Shown piece after piece: positions 17,357-25,721 of a DNA stretch of 32,000 nucleotides. Under the pieces are notes generated by a model that did not search any database, was not told the DNA's origin, and saw nothing but the letters and a program-made list of their open reading frames with translations. Position 1 is the first letter of the stretch; each line of letters starts with the position of its first letter. This stretch comes from Planctopirus limnophila DSM 3776 (GTDB lineage Bacteria; Planctomycetota; Planctomycetia; Planctomycetales; Planctomycetaceae). A program made the translations under genes and the position numbers. The stretch lies in contig NC_014148.1 in assembly GCF_000092105.1 (NCBI RefSeq), forward strand, positions 4,020,001-4,052,000, read 5' to 3'.

Positions 17357-18583
17357 TTAGTCCTCTTCAGCCACAGCGACCGAACTCCCGGCTGCCTCGT
17401 GTGTGCGCTCACTCACAGCCGTCGGGTCGAGGGTCAATCGCTTGAGCACAATCGTCGCATACGAACCACGCGGCAACTCAAAGTCACACGTCACTTTGTA
17501 TCGACCTGCATACTGCTCATCACTGGCCATCGCCATCTGCAGATTATGTGGCACAATGAGCGCCGGCCTTTCTCCCTTGGAGAAGAAACTGTCCCGCGGA
17601 TACTTCACCCGCAGTTCGCGTAACTCAATCCCCAGTTCCCGCAGAACATTCTCATAATGCGCTTCGAGAGCCGATCCTTCCAGATCAATCCGTGCGGAAG
17701 GCAAAGGGAGTTTGACTCGTGACAGTTCGTCCTGCTCTTCCATCGTCAACGACGTGCAGAAGGCGACCTGCTGAGCCGAAAGACCCACTTCGTAAACCCG
17801 CTCATGCCAGACCTTACTGCGAATCAATTCTGCCAGAATATGATTCCACAAATAGCTCTGGTAAGCCGACAGAAACAACCCTCGCAAATCGACACGAATG
17901 AGTGCGAAAGCATTCTTGAAGTTAGTGGGATGATCACACAGGTAAGTCACAATACTGCGACGCGACGACTGGGCCAGCTTGGCTTTGCAATCGACCCAGT
18001 TGCCCCAGTTGTCGCGAAGAATACGCTTTTCTTCGCGATCATCAGGCCGATCATGCGGATTCGGTTCGGCCAGTGCCAGCCATAACGCTCGCTCGTAATT
18101 CCCTGCGCACCAAGGCTGAGCAATAAACTCCCGCGACGCACCGAGCGAGCCAAATCGCTGATCATCAAAATAATTCGGCAGCCGATCGACCAGCAGCGAT
18201 TCCCGCAGATTCACATACTTTTGAGCCACATTCCGAGGCAGATCGCGAATGACAATGTGAAAGCGATTGCCGGAAATATCGGTCGGGCCAAAGTGCTGCT
18301 TCGTCTGCCCCTGATAAACCAGCGTAAAGTTCTGCTGATTCAAATCCCGCCTAGGACCACGACTGATCGTCACATATTGCTGGGTAATCGCATGACGATC
18401 TTTGAGACCACCATAACTGATGTGCTCTCGCTTGATTTTCCATCGGCGCAAAATCGCTTCGATGGCTTCGGGAGTTCCCAGCGATGTCTTCGTAAGTTTA
18501 TAGACGGCATAATTACCGCCCTGAATCTCAAACTCACTCAGTTCTTCAACCTGGAAATCTTCGGGGAGGCACTTCAATTTCAT
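17357..18583 (-). CDS. truD: tRNA pseudouridine(13) synthase TruD
   Basis: ATG at 18583 (MKLKCLPEDFQVEE). TruD signatures seen: PEDF.V.E, GGLKDRHAITQQ (catalytic Asp context), LPNYFDDQRFGS, and the C-terminal LPRGSYATIVLKRL. Confidence 0.85.
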   Translation of the reverse strand: MKLKCLPEDFQVEELSEFEIQGGNYAVYKLTKTSLGTPEAIEAILRRWKIKREHISYGGLKDRHAITQQYVTISRGPRRDLNQQNFTLVYQGQTKQHFGPTDISGNRFHIVIRDLPRNVAQKYVNLRESLLVDRLPNYFDDQRFGSLGASREFIAQPWCAGNYERALWLALAEPNPHDRPDDREEKRILRDNWGNWVDCKAKLAQSSRRSIVTYLCDHPTNFKNAFALIRVDLRGLFLSAYQSYLWNHILAELIRSKVWHERVYEVGLSAQQVAFCTSLTMEEQDELSRVKLPLPSARIDLEGSALEAHYENVLRELGIELRELRVKYPRDSFFSKGERPALIVPHNLQMAMASDEQYAGRYKVTCDFELPRGSYATIVLKRLTLDPTAVSERTHEAAGSSVAVAEED

Positions 18584-18754
18584 GCGTGCAGCCACAGCTG
18601 GAGTGGGCAAAAGCGTCGTTGGTTCCAATGAACGACAACAGTATAACGACCGCATTGACCACAAGCTATGGGTGTACGGAAAACCACATTTTTCGCAACC
18701 AGCAACGGACTTTCTGGCGTCAACAATCCTCGTATCTATTATCCAGATAGAGGG

Positions 18755-19525
18755 TTATGGCTTAGACGACTCTGTGGTCTCTGTGGTTGCCGGCTGTGGA
18801 TCCGCTGAAGGTTTTGCCGATTCCGGCGTCAGAACCTTGGCAGAAATGATCCCATCGAGCTTCGGAAACTCCTTCGACAGATAAGTATCGCCCAGCTTCT
18901 CAATCAGTGGCTGCTGTGGAAATTCGCCATACTCCGGGTTGATCTGATCAACGTATTCCATCCCTTTGGTCACAATGCCAAAGGGACTGAAGCCCATCGA
19001 GTCCAGCCGGCTGTTATCAGCAAAATTGATAAACAACTGCGACGTGCGAGTATTGGGCCCCGATGTCGCAAACGTGACCGTTCCTCGGCCATTTGTTTGC
19101 TTAACGGGGTCATCCCGCAGTGGAGCAGCATTCCATTTGGCATGCACCTGAGGATCAGCCGCAATCCCGAACTGAGCCACGAATCCAGGGACCACTCGGA
19201 AGAATTTCGCGTTGTCGTAGAAACCACTCTTCACGAGTGTGTAAAACCGATCAGCCCCGCGCGGAGCCCAGTCGCGATGCACTTCCACGACGACATCGCC
19301 ATTGGTTGTCGTTAGGAGCACTTCAAACAGATCCGGTGCCCGCTCATCATCCGGTGTTAACGGCTCAGCATTCGCACCTTCGAGAGCCGGTGCGACGGGA
19401 GCCTTCGCATCCTTCATCACTGGTGAAGAATCACAGGCCAGTCCAGAACCCAGCAGTACAAAACTGAGAATTGTCCAAACGGTTTGACGCATCAAAACCG
19501 GGTGATTGCGAGTCATTCGAAGCAT
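18755..19525 (-). CDS. Secreted cyclophilin-type peptidyl-prolyl cis-trans isomerase
   Basis: 256-aa ORF with ATG at 19525. The signal peptide ends in LLGSGLAC, so it may be a lipoprotein. Cyclophilin core: FYDNAKFFRVVPGFVAQFG, GTVTFATSGPNTRTSQLFINF. Confidence 0.85.
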   Translation of the reverse strand: MLRMTRNHPVLMRQTVWTILSFVLLGSGLACDSSPVMKDAKAPVAPALEGANAEPLTPDDERAPDLFEVLLTTTNGDVVVEVHRDWAPRGADRFYTLVKSGFYDNAKFFRVVPGFVAQFGIAADPQVHAKWNAAPLRDDPVKQTNGRGTVTFATSGPNTRTSQLFINFADNSRLDSMGFSPFGIVTKGMEYVDQINPEYGEFPQQPLIEKLGDTYLSKEFPKLDGIISAKVLTPESAKPSADPQPATTETTESSKP

Positions 19526-19640
19526 GGCGATACATCTCTTGATCTAAGGAAATCACCACTCCCTGGCGATCTGCCGTCCATGAATCGTCACTCACGCTGC
19601 AACAACATCTATCAAGTATCAACGGCGTACAAATCAGTTT

Positions 19641-20930
19641 TTACGCCTTATACTCCGAGAAAATCAGCGAAACGTTCTGACCACCAAATCCAAAGCTGTT
19701 CGACAACGCCCGGCGAACTTTCCGCTCACGAGCAGCATTCGGAATGTAATCCAGATCACAATCGGGATCAGGAGTGGTGTAGTTAATCGTCGGTGGTACC
19801 ACACCATCGCGAATCGACAGCAGGCAGGTAATTGCCTCCACACTCCCGGCGGCAGCAATCAAATGACCCATCATGCTCTTAATGCTCGAAACCGGGATCT
19901 TGTAGGACTGCTCACCAAAGGTCTGCTTAATGGCCAGCGTCTCGACCTTGTCATTCACTTCAGTGCTGGTGCCGTGAGCATTAATGTAGTCAATCTCATC
20001 GGTATTCAGCCCGGCATCCTGCAATGCCATCTTCATGCAGGCAATGGCTCCCCGCCCTTCTGGATGAATATCTGTAATCCGGTAGGCATCGGCCGTTGAA
20101 CCATAACCCACGACTTCACCGTAGATGTGGGCCCCACGCTTCTTGGCATGTTCCAGTTCTTCCAGAATCAGAATGCCGGCACCTTCGCCCAGCACGAATC
20201 CATCACGATCCTTATCAAACGGCCGCGAAGCTGTCTGTGGGCTGCTGTTGCGAGTCGAAAGAGCTGTCAGCAGGTTAAAGCCGGTCACTCCAAAGGGATG
20301 GATCATGCTGTGAGCACCACCCGAAATCATCGCATCGGCATCACCCCGGCGGATAATTTCTGTCGCTTCACCAATCGCCTGGCTCGAAGCAGCACATGCC
20401 GTCAGGCAATTCAGATTCGGCCCCTGAGCATTAAACACCGCAGCCAGATGTCCGGCTGTCATGTTCGGCTCCTGCTCCATTTCTTTCTGGGGATGCATGC
20501 GGGCCAATCCTTCCCGCGTAAAGACTTCCAGATCGACTTCTCCCGTCGCGGTGTTCTGGGCCTGAGCAATAATGCTCATGATCATCAGAAAATCCTGCTG
20601 CCCTTCGCCGGCACCCAGGTAAACTCCCAGACGACCCGGATCGAGATCACTGTCCGATAAACCCGAATCATCGTAAGCCTGTCGGGCTGCACCCAGTGCG
20701 TAATGAATGTTCTTGCCGCTGAACTGGAACGGCGTCGTGTCAGCAACATAATTTTCGAGCTTGAAGCCCTTCACTTCACCAGCAAAAGTCGTCGGGAATC
20801 GACTGGCATCGAAATGCGTAATCGTGCTGATGCCGCACTTGGCTTCCTGCTGGGCCTTCCACATCTCCTCAATCGAGTTACCAATGGGAGTAATGGCACC
20901 AATACCTGTAATGACTACTCGACGTCGCAT
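19641..20930 (-). CDS. fabF: Beta-ketoacyl-ACP synthase II
   Basis: ATG at 20930 (MRRRVVITGIGAITPIG) is preceded by GAGG. The Cys-His-His triad contexts are present: NCLTACAASSQAIG, INAHGTSTEVND, KSMMGHLIAAAG. Confidence 0.9.
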   Translation of the reverse strand: MRRRVVITGIGAITPIGNSIEEMWKAQQEAKCGISTITHFDASRFPTTFAGEVKGFKLENYVADTTPFQFSGKNIHYALGAARQAYDDSGLSDSDLDPGRLGVYLGAGEGQQDFLMIMSIIAQAQNTATGEVDLEVFTREGLARMHPQKEMEQEPNMTAGHLAAVFNAQGPNLNCLTACAASSQAIGEATEIIRRGDADAMISGGAHSMIHPFGVTGFNLLTALSTRNSSPQTASRPFDKDRDGFVLGEGAGILILEELEHAKKRGAHIYGEVVGYGSTADAYRITDIHPEGRGAIACMKMALQDAGLNTDEIDYINAHGTSTEVNDKVETLAIKQTFGEQSYKIPVSSIKSMMGHLIAAAGSVEAITCLLSIRDGVVPPTINYTTPDPDCDLDYIPNAARERKVRRALSNSFGFGGQNVSLIFSEYKA

Positions 20931-21145
20931 ATCGAAAACCTCAGGTGAACTTATCTGCCAGCAAGCTGACAAAACGATCCATTCAAATTTTATGGAGACT
21001 CTTAAGTGTCATACGCAATCGTCGAGTCTGCTGTTGATGCCAGCTTGTCATCTCGGGTGACTGGCAATATCTGGTCACTGGTGAAATGAAAAGTTCGATT
21101 CACAACGCTGGGTTCACCAGAAACTTACGCCACAGGCCCGGAACC

Positions 21146-21634
21146 TCACGCTACAGGCAAAGTGGGGTCACCCGTCTTCCCCACGTCCAGTATTCCGCGC
21201 AAGAGTTCAAAAACAAAACTTTTCTGATCCACACGCACACTGCCGCTCTGCTCGGAATTCACATGTGCAAACAGAATCTCGCCTTCGGCCACCAGTCGAT
21301 CACCGACTTTGGCAGTCGCGGAAACCATGCCACCTTCGGCATTCGCTTCTTCAAGAGTCGTCCGGTAAGTCAGCGTCTCACCAGGCGTGACGTAGCTGTG
21401 GAAGGTCATTCGCGGCACTTTGGCCAGAACAACCACCTTCGAAAACTGATGAGATTCTCCCAGCAGAATGCCACCCGTCTGCGCCAGACCCTCGAGGATC
21501 AACGAGTGAGGCATGACCGGGAAACCCGGAAAGTGATCGTGGAGATGCTCCTCCGCCAGACTCACATTCTTGATCGAAACAGCTTGCTTGCCGCTTTCAA
21601 ACTCGACAAAGCGATCAACCCACATCCAACGCAT
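21146..21634 (-). CDS. FabZ/FabA-like hotdog-fold 3-hydroxyacyl-ACP dehydratase (copy 2)
   Basis: ATG at 21634 (MRWMWVDRFVEFESG) aligns with the N-terminus of the paralog at 23815 (MRFQLIDRITSL). Active-site context: HDHFPGFPVMPHSLILEGLAQTGG (His and Glu present). An alternative TTG start lies at 21676. Confidence 0.8.
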   Translation of the reverse strand: MRWMWVDRFVEFESGKQAVSIKNVSLAEEHLHDHFPGFPVMPHSLILEGLAQTGGILLGESHQFSKVVVLAKVPRMTFHSYVTPGETLTYRTTLEEANAEGGMVSATAKVGDRLVAEGEILFAHVNSEQSGSVRVDQKSFVFELLRGILDVGKTGDPTLPVA

Positions 21635-21810
21635 GGCAATCTCGAGAAACGAATAGGGGAAGCTACGACAAGGCAAAGCCCCTTCCGCATGCGAGAAGCT
21701 CCCCAGCCATGCATGCGGAAGGTGTTGCTGTTCGTTCCCATGACCCTCGGAACTCTCACCGGAATCGATCAGACGACATCCGATCGACTACGAGAGATCA
21801 ACTCCGAAAA

Positions 21811-22197
21811 TCAGGACAATTTACTCTCAAGAAAATTCACGATCATCTTCACTGTCAGAAGATCGGTCAGCTTCTCAACCTTAGGATCCTTGGCAAATGA
21901 GTCAATATCTGCGTGTGGCATTTTGGCTTTCAACTCAGCCACACCGGCGGGAGTCAAGACACCATTGGCCACGAAGTTCGGATCAGCGGCTGTCACGTTC
22001 TCGGGCAAAAGTTCCGATCGGGGAATCTTGATCCCGAAAGCCTTCTCCAGCCGGAACAGAATGTCGAGAATATCAATCGACTCGGCACCCAGATCGCCAA
22101 ACAGCGTCGAAGATTCTTTCACTTCGTCGTCATCAACTCCCAGGGCGTCGCACAGCGTTTCCCGGACCTTTTCGAAAATCTCATCGCGCGATGGCAT
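21811..22197 (-). CDS. Acyl carrier protein, atypically long (128 aa)
   Basis: ATG at 22197 is preceded by a strong AAGGAG. The phosphopantetheine site context is FGDLGAESIDILDILFRLEKAFGI (Ser40; Glu replaces the usual Asp). About 40-45 extra residues lie between helix II/III and the terminal helix TVKMIVNFLESKL. The in-frame TTG extension to 22395 is Cys/Arg-rich and looks non-coding. Confidence 0.8.
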   Translation of the reverse strand: MPSRDEIFEKVRETLCDALGVDDDEVKESSTLFGDLGAESIDILDILFRLEKAFGIKIPRSELLPENVTAADPNFVANGVLTPAGVAELKAKMPHADIDSFAKDPKVEKLTDLLTVKMIVNFLESKLS

Positions 22198-22395
22198 CCA
22201 CTCACTCCTTGAGCAGCACGTTACGAGTTGACTTCTCTCGAACAATACCGCTTGTCGCGTCCGTATCTTGCAGTCGCTCACAGATCTTGGCATTTCGGAC
22301 GGACTTCTGCCAGATCGAACCCACGTCAGCGCTGCTGAAAACTTATCTTCAACACCCCTCGAAACTATCGTCAAGGAGCAACACCAACCCCGCAA

Positions 22396-23151
22396 TCAAC
22401 CCATACCACCCAGAGTCAAGCCGCCATCAACCTTCAAAGTTTGACCTGTAATATAACTGGCTTCATTCGAAACCAGAAAATGAACGGCGAAGGCAATATC
22501 GTCTGGTTGACCCAACCTCTTGCAGGGAATCGCTTTTTTAATCGTTTCACCGGCTGCGTTCACCACAGCCACCGTCATATCAGTCTCAATGAACCCAGGC
22601 GCCACGCAGTTCACAGTCACATTCCGCTTCGCCAGCTCAACAGCCATACACCGGCTGAACCCCTCAATGCCGGCCTTGCTGGCAGCATAATTGGCCTGAC
22701 CTGGATTCGAAAAATCTGCGGAAACGCTCGACATGTTCACAATCCGACCATACCGGGCCGACATCATCGGTCGCGTCACTGCCTGGCAGAAATTGAACAC
22801 GCTGGTCAGATTCGTATCAATCACCGCCTGCCACTGTTCAATTGTCATTGTGGCCAGCAGTCCATCTCGAATAATGCCGGCATTGTTGACGAGGATGTCA
22901 ACCTTACCCCACTTCTCGATCACCTGTTCAACCACCTGATCACAAGCCGCTTTGTTGGCCACATCACACTTCAAAGCCCAGCTTTCATGACCTGAAGCCT
23001 CTAACTCCTCGACAATCGCCAAAGCTGGAGCCTCACTCGACTGATACACAAAGGCCACCTTGGCTCCGGCGCGGGCCAGCTTCAGCACAATCGCCTTACC
23101 AATCCCTCGGCTGCCACCTGTCACCAGTGCGACGCGTCCAGTCAAATCCAT
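22396..23151 (-). CDS. fabG: 3-oxoacyl-ACP reductase (SDR family)
   Basis: 251-aa ORF with ATG at 23151 preceded by GAGGAA. Motifs: TGGSRGIGKAI, NNAGI, and a Ser...YAASKAG catalytic triad context. Confidence 0.9.
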   Translation of the reverse strand: MDLTGRVALVTGGSRGIGKAIVLKLARAGAKVAFVYQSSEAPALAIVEELEASGHESWALKCDVANKAACDQVVEQVIEKWGKVDILVNNAGIIRDGLLATMTIEQWQAVIDTNLTSVFNFCQAVTRPMMSARYGRIVNMSSVSADFSNPGQANYAASKAGIEGFSRCMAVELAKRNVTVNCVAPGFIETDMTVAVVNAAGETIKKAIPCKRLGQPDDIAFAVHFLVSNEASYITGQTLKVDGGLTLGGMG

Positions 23152-23311
23152 GCTTCATTCCTCGTCTTAAGTTCTTCAATCTGCAGCCGTACAATGCGAT
23201 GCAGATCGATCAATTGATTTTCAGAGTGCTCAAGCCTATTGGATGCCTCAGATTCACTGAGTCGCTTTTTCCAGTCACAACTGCACGGCAATTCAATCCT
23301 GCGAATTCAAC

Positions 23312-23815
23312 TCACGACGCCAACTCCTGCCCGGCAGGAGCTGCAGACCACAACGTGGGAAACAATTGTCTTAACCACACGATTCGAGCCTCATCACTGG
23401 CTCGCGCCGAAGGATCACGATCTGCCACATTAAACTGTGTCAGCACAATTCGGGCACTGACTGCCGATTCCTGCGTGCTGGCCAGCACGCCAGACCCGGC
23501 AAACTCCCAATGCTGTGGACCGATCTTTTTCACCTTCATCGAAAGCTGCAGTTGATCGCCCGGTGCCACAAACGCATTGTATTTCAGAGCCCTGGTTTCC
23601 TTCAGCAGAATCGTGCTGCAAGAAAAGTCGGTACTGGCACGCATCAGCCACGCGCCGGTCTGAGTCAATGCCTCCAGCATGAAAACCCCAGGCAGCACCG
23701 GAAAACCCGGAAAATGATCCGCCAGGTATTCCTCGGCAATACTCACGTTCTTGACCGCCGTAATCGACTCGTTGGGCACGAGACTCGTAATGCGATCAAT
23801 CAACTGAAAACGCAT
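23312..23815 (-). CDS. FabZ/FabA-like hotdog-fold 3-hydroxyacyl-ACP dehydratase (copy 1)
   Basis: 167-aa ORF with ATG at 23815. Active-site context: ADHFPGFPVLPGVFMLEALTQTGAWL (His and Glu). It lacks the PHRYPFLLVD N-terminal motif of housekeeping FabZ. Confidence 0.8.
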   Translation of the reverse strand: MRFQLIDRITSLVPNESITAVKNVSIAEEYLADHFPGFPVLPGVFMLEALTQTGAWLMRASTDFSCSTILLKETRALKYNAFVAPGDQLQLSMKVKKIGPQHWEFAGSGVLASTQESAVSARIVLTQFNVADRDPSARASDEARIVWLRQLFPTLWSAAPAGQELAS

Positions 23816-24146
23816 AGTGTTTCATTATCCGGGGATGGTTGATAACAGAACGACTTCTCCGGCCACTCGATGCTGCACCACTTGCTTGCAGATTCGAGCT
23901 CAGTATCCCCACAGATTTCCTGGAGATCACCCGAGTTGTAAAGCCAGCAAAACCAGCATGATAGGGTCTGAGCAACTCTGCCTCAACCCTTCTCGCCACA
24001 AAATATGAACACATGTTCACGCACCTGCAAGATCTGCGAACTCTCGACCTTCGACGCCCGAGGATGCGACTCTGGGTTGCCATGACCTGACAGATGATCA
24101 CCAAACGGCCCGTAAGCCGCGTGACCCGGGACAAAAGTCCTCGCTT

Positions 24147-25670
24147 TCAAGCCATAAACCGTGACCCCATCGCCAACCACATCAGTGCAGCACTCACCAG
24201 AATCACCACACCCAAACTGCTCCACGGAACGGATCTGGCTCCAATCGGCAACCCGGTAAAGACCAGTACTAGCCACCGAAAAAAGCCCACCCAGACCAAT
24301 AAACTCGAAGTCAGCACCAAAATAGCTCCAGGCAAAAGCGACAGTGAACCCAGTTCCACACGATCATCGGGCCCTATGCTCACCTGCCAGAGCGACAACA
24401 ATGGCTGTGTGTCAATCAGCCAGCCGGGCCAGGGGCTACTCAACAGGAACAGACATACGCCGCCGGTGACTGCCAGCACCCCACTGGGGCAAACGGAAAA
24501 CAGGCCTTCCCACTCTTCAACATACTGCAACCGACGACCAGTGCGGAATGCCTCACCCACCCCCCATACCATCAGTCCATAGCCCAGCACCAGCACTGTC
24601 AGTTGCCGGGACATACCCTCCCAACGTTCCACTTGAGCCTCGACCGGGACCTGCTCCAGCAAACATAACGACCAGACCCACCAACCCGTCCCGGCCATCA
24701 AAATCGTGGCCACCCATCGACTCCACTCCTCCTGCTTCAAAATCATCAAACCCGCTGCCAAGGCTGTCCAACCTCCGATCAGCGACCAGGCCAGCGCCTC
24801 CATCGAGACTGGCAGAGCATCGGCTGCGATTCCGGGCGTATTTCTCGGCGCCAACCAGCTCAGCACCCAGAGTCCGCACAGCCAGCGAACGAGTTGATGG
24901 CCGCTGAGCACTCCGTGGAGGGATCTCCTGGCGGTCTCGCCAACATTCGGTGAGAGTCTGCATGGGCTCAACATCGCTGCCAGATCCAGCCACAGAAAAT
25001 GACCAGGGATCAGGCAGAGCCTTCCAGCACAACCGGCCACCATCAGTACCCAGCCTACCTGCCCCCAAGACTCTCCCTGCCAGCCTGCGACGGGGTTTGA
25101 CATCGACGTCAATCGGCTCTCCTGCTGATTCATGAGCAGCAACCAACCCGTCCAGACAAAGACCGCCGTCGTGCCCTGCCATAACATCAACATGCCTTTG
25201 AGCCGACTTTGAATCGCCACACGACGGGATTGATCTTCAGCAGCCTCGCAGCGAATGAATTTCAACGAAGTGAGCTGAATCAACTCCCACGCCAGCAAAG
25301 CCCCGGCCAGATGCGGCGCGCTCAGCATCACGACTCCCAGCCCCATCGTCAGCAGGAGCCACCAATCCCAGGCATCTATCTCGTCAGTATCTGTGGCTTT
25401 GAACCAATACGAAAGAGCACTGGCACCCAATACCAAGCCACTACCGGCTGTAAGGCAGATCAAGATCCCCTTCGTGAGCGGGTGGGGCATTGCTGCCTGG
25501 CTCCACACTCCGGGCCAGCCTTGAGCTCCCTGACTCACTACTCCTGCCAGCCACGCCAGCAAAGAGAAAGGCCAGCGCCTGGCCTCTGGAAAAACCAGAA
25601 TTCCGACCATCGCCAGGACAATCCACACTCCTCCCGCCAGATTCCAGTTCATCGTGACAGGAAATGTCAT
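24147..25670 (-). CDS. Diverged antiporter-like (NuoN/NuoM/MrpD-type) polytopic membrane protein
   Basis: Long hydrophobic ORF. The start is ATG 25670 or GTG 25703. Residual motifs: LLAWELIQLTS, GRLCLIPGHFLWLD (cf. K..PFH.W.PD), ILKQEEWSRWVA (cf. Q.D.KR.LAYS). About 7% Trp by hand count. Confidence 0.6.
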   Translation of the reverse strand: MTFPVTMNWNLAGGVWIVLAMVGILVFPEARRWPFSLLAWLAGVVSQGAQGWPGVWSQAAMPHPLTKGILICLTAGSGLVLGASALSYWFKATDTDEIDAWDWWLLLTMGLGVVMLSAPHLAGALLAWELIQLTSLKFIRCEAAEDQSRRVAIQSRLKGMLMLWQGTTAVFVWTGWLLLMNQQESRLTSMSNPVAGWQGESWGQVGWVLMVAGCAGRLCLIPGHFLWLDLAAMLSPCRLSPNVGETARRSLHGVLSGHQLVRWLCGLWVLSWLAPRNTPGIAADALPVSMEALAWSLIGGWTALAAGLMILKQEEWSRWVATILMAGTGWWVWSLCLLEQVPVEAQVERWEGMSRQLTVLVLGYGLMVWGVGEAFRTGRRLQYVEEWEGLFSVCPSGVLAVTGGVCLFLLSSPWPGWLIDTQPLLSLWQVSIGPDDRVELGSLSLLPGAILVLTSSLLVWVGFFRWLVLVFTGLPIGARSVPWSSLGVVILVSAALMWLAMGSRFMA

Positions 25671-25721
25671 TCGCCCTCTTCTCTCAACAAAACCCACAAT
25701 CACTTAAAGCAGGTTCATCCA

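Noticed and set aside
555-20660. Other overlapping or antisense ORFs in the track (for example 555-872, 1026-1577, 3443-4090, 3661-4197, 6385-6810, 7857-8444, 9586-10167, 15478-16599, 18221-18631, 20127-20660)
   Set aside because: Each overlaps a longer ORF that has recognisable family motifs. None has motifs of its own.
21086-22231. 381-aa plus-strand ORF spanning the dehydratase-ACP region
   Set aside because: It runs antisense across two minus-strand genes with clear catalytic motifs (FabZ-like HxxxxG..P / E, and the ACP Ser site) plus their spacer. Its product is Arg/Ser/Thr-rich and motif-free. This is a typical shadow ORF in GC-rich DNA.
21635-22395. N-terminal extensions of the dehydratase (TTG 21676) and the ACP (TTG 22395)
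   Set aside because: The extensions start at non-ATG codons and are Cys/Arg-rich. For the ACP, a strong AAGGAG precedes the internal ATG at 22197. For the dehydratase, the internal ATG at 21634 aligns with the paralog's N-terminus.
19641-23815. Interpretation of the FAS-like cassette as an aryl-polyene / flexirubin-type cluster
   Set aside because: Only one KS is present and there is no chain-length-factor partner. The window also lacks an adenylation or ammonia-lyase starter enzyme, a thioesterase, a LolA-like gene and an MMPL exporter. The resemblance is limited to DH/KR/ACP/acyltransferase content.
15211-23815. Assigning the halogenase-like gene to the FAS/membrane array
   Set aside because: It is separated from the array by truD, a cyclophilin and an opposite-strand Nudix gene, and it has its own intrinsic terminator. 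A functional link cannot be supported from this window.
23796-24276. 112-aa and 97-aa minus-strand ORFs in the gap between the NuoN-like gene and the first dehydratase
   Set aside because: They are Arg/Cys-rich with low complexity, have no Shine-Dalgarno sequence and no motif, and one overlaps the dehydratase start. I treat the region as non-coding but flag it as a finding.
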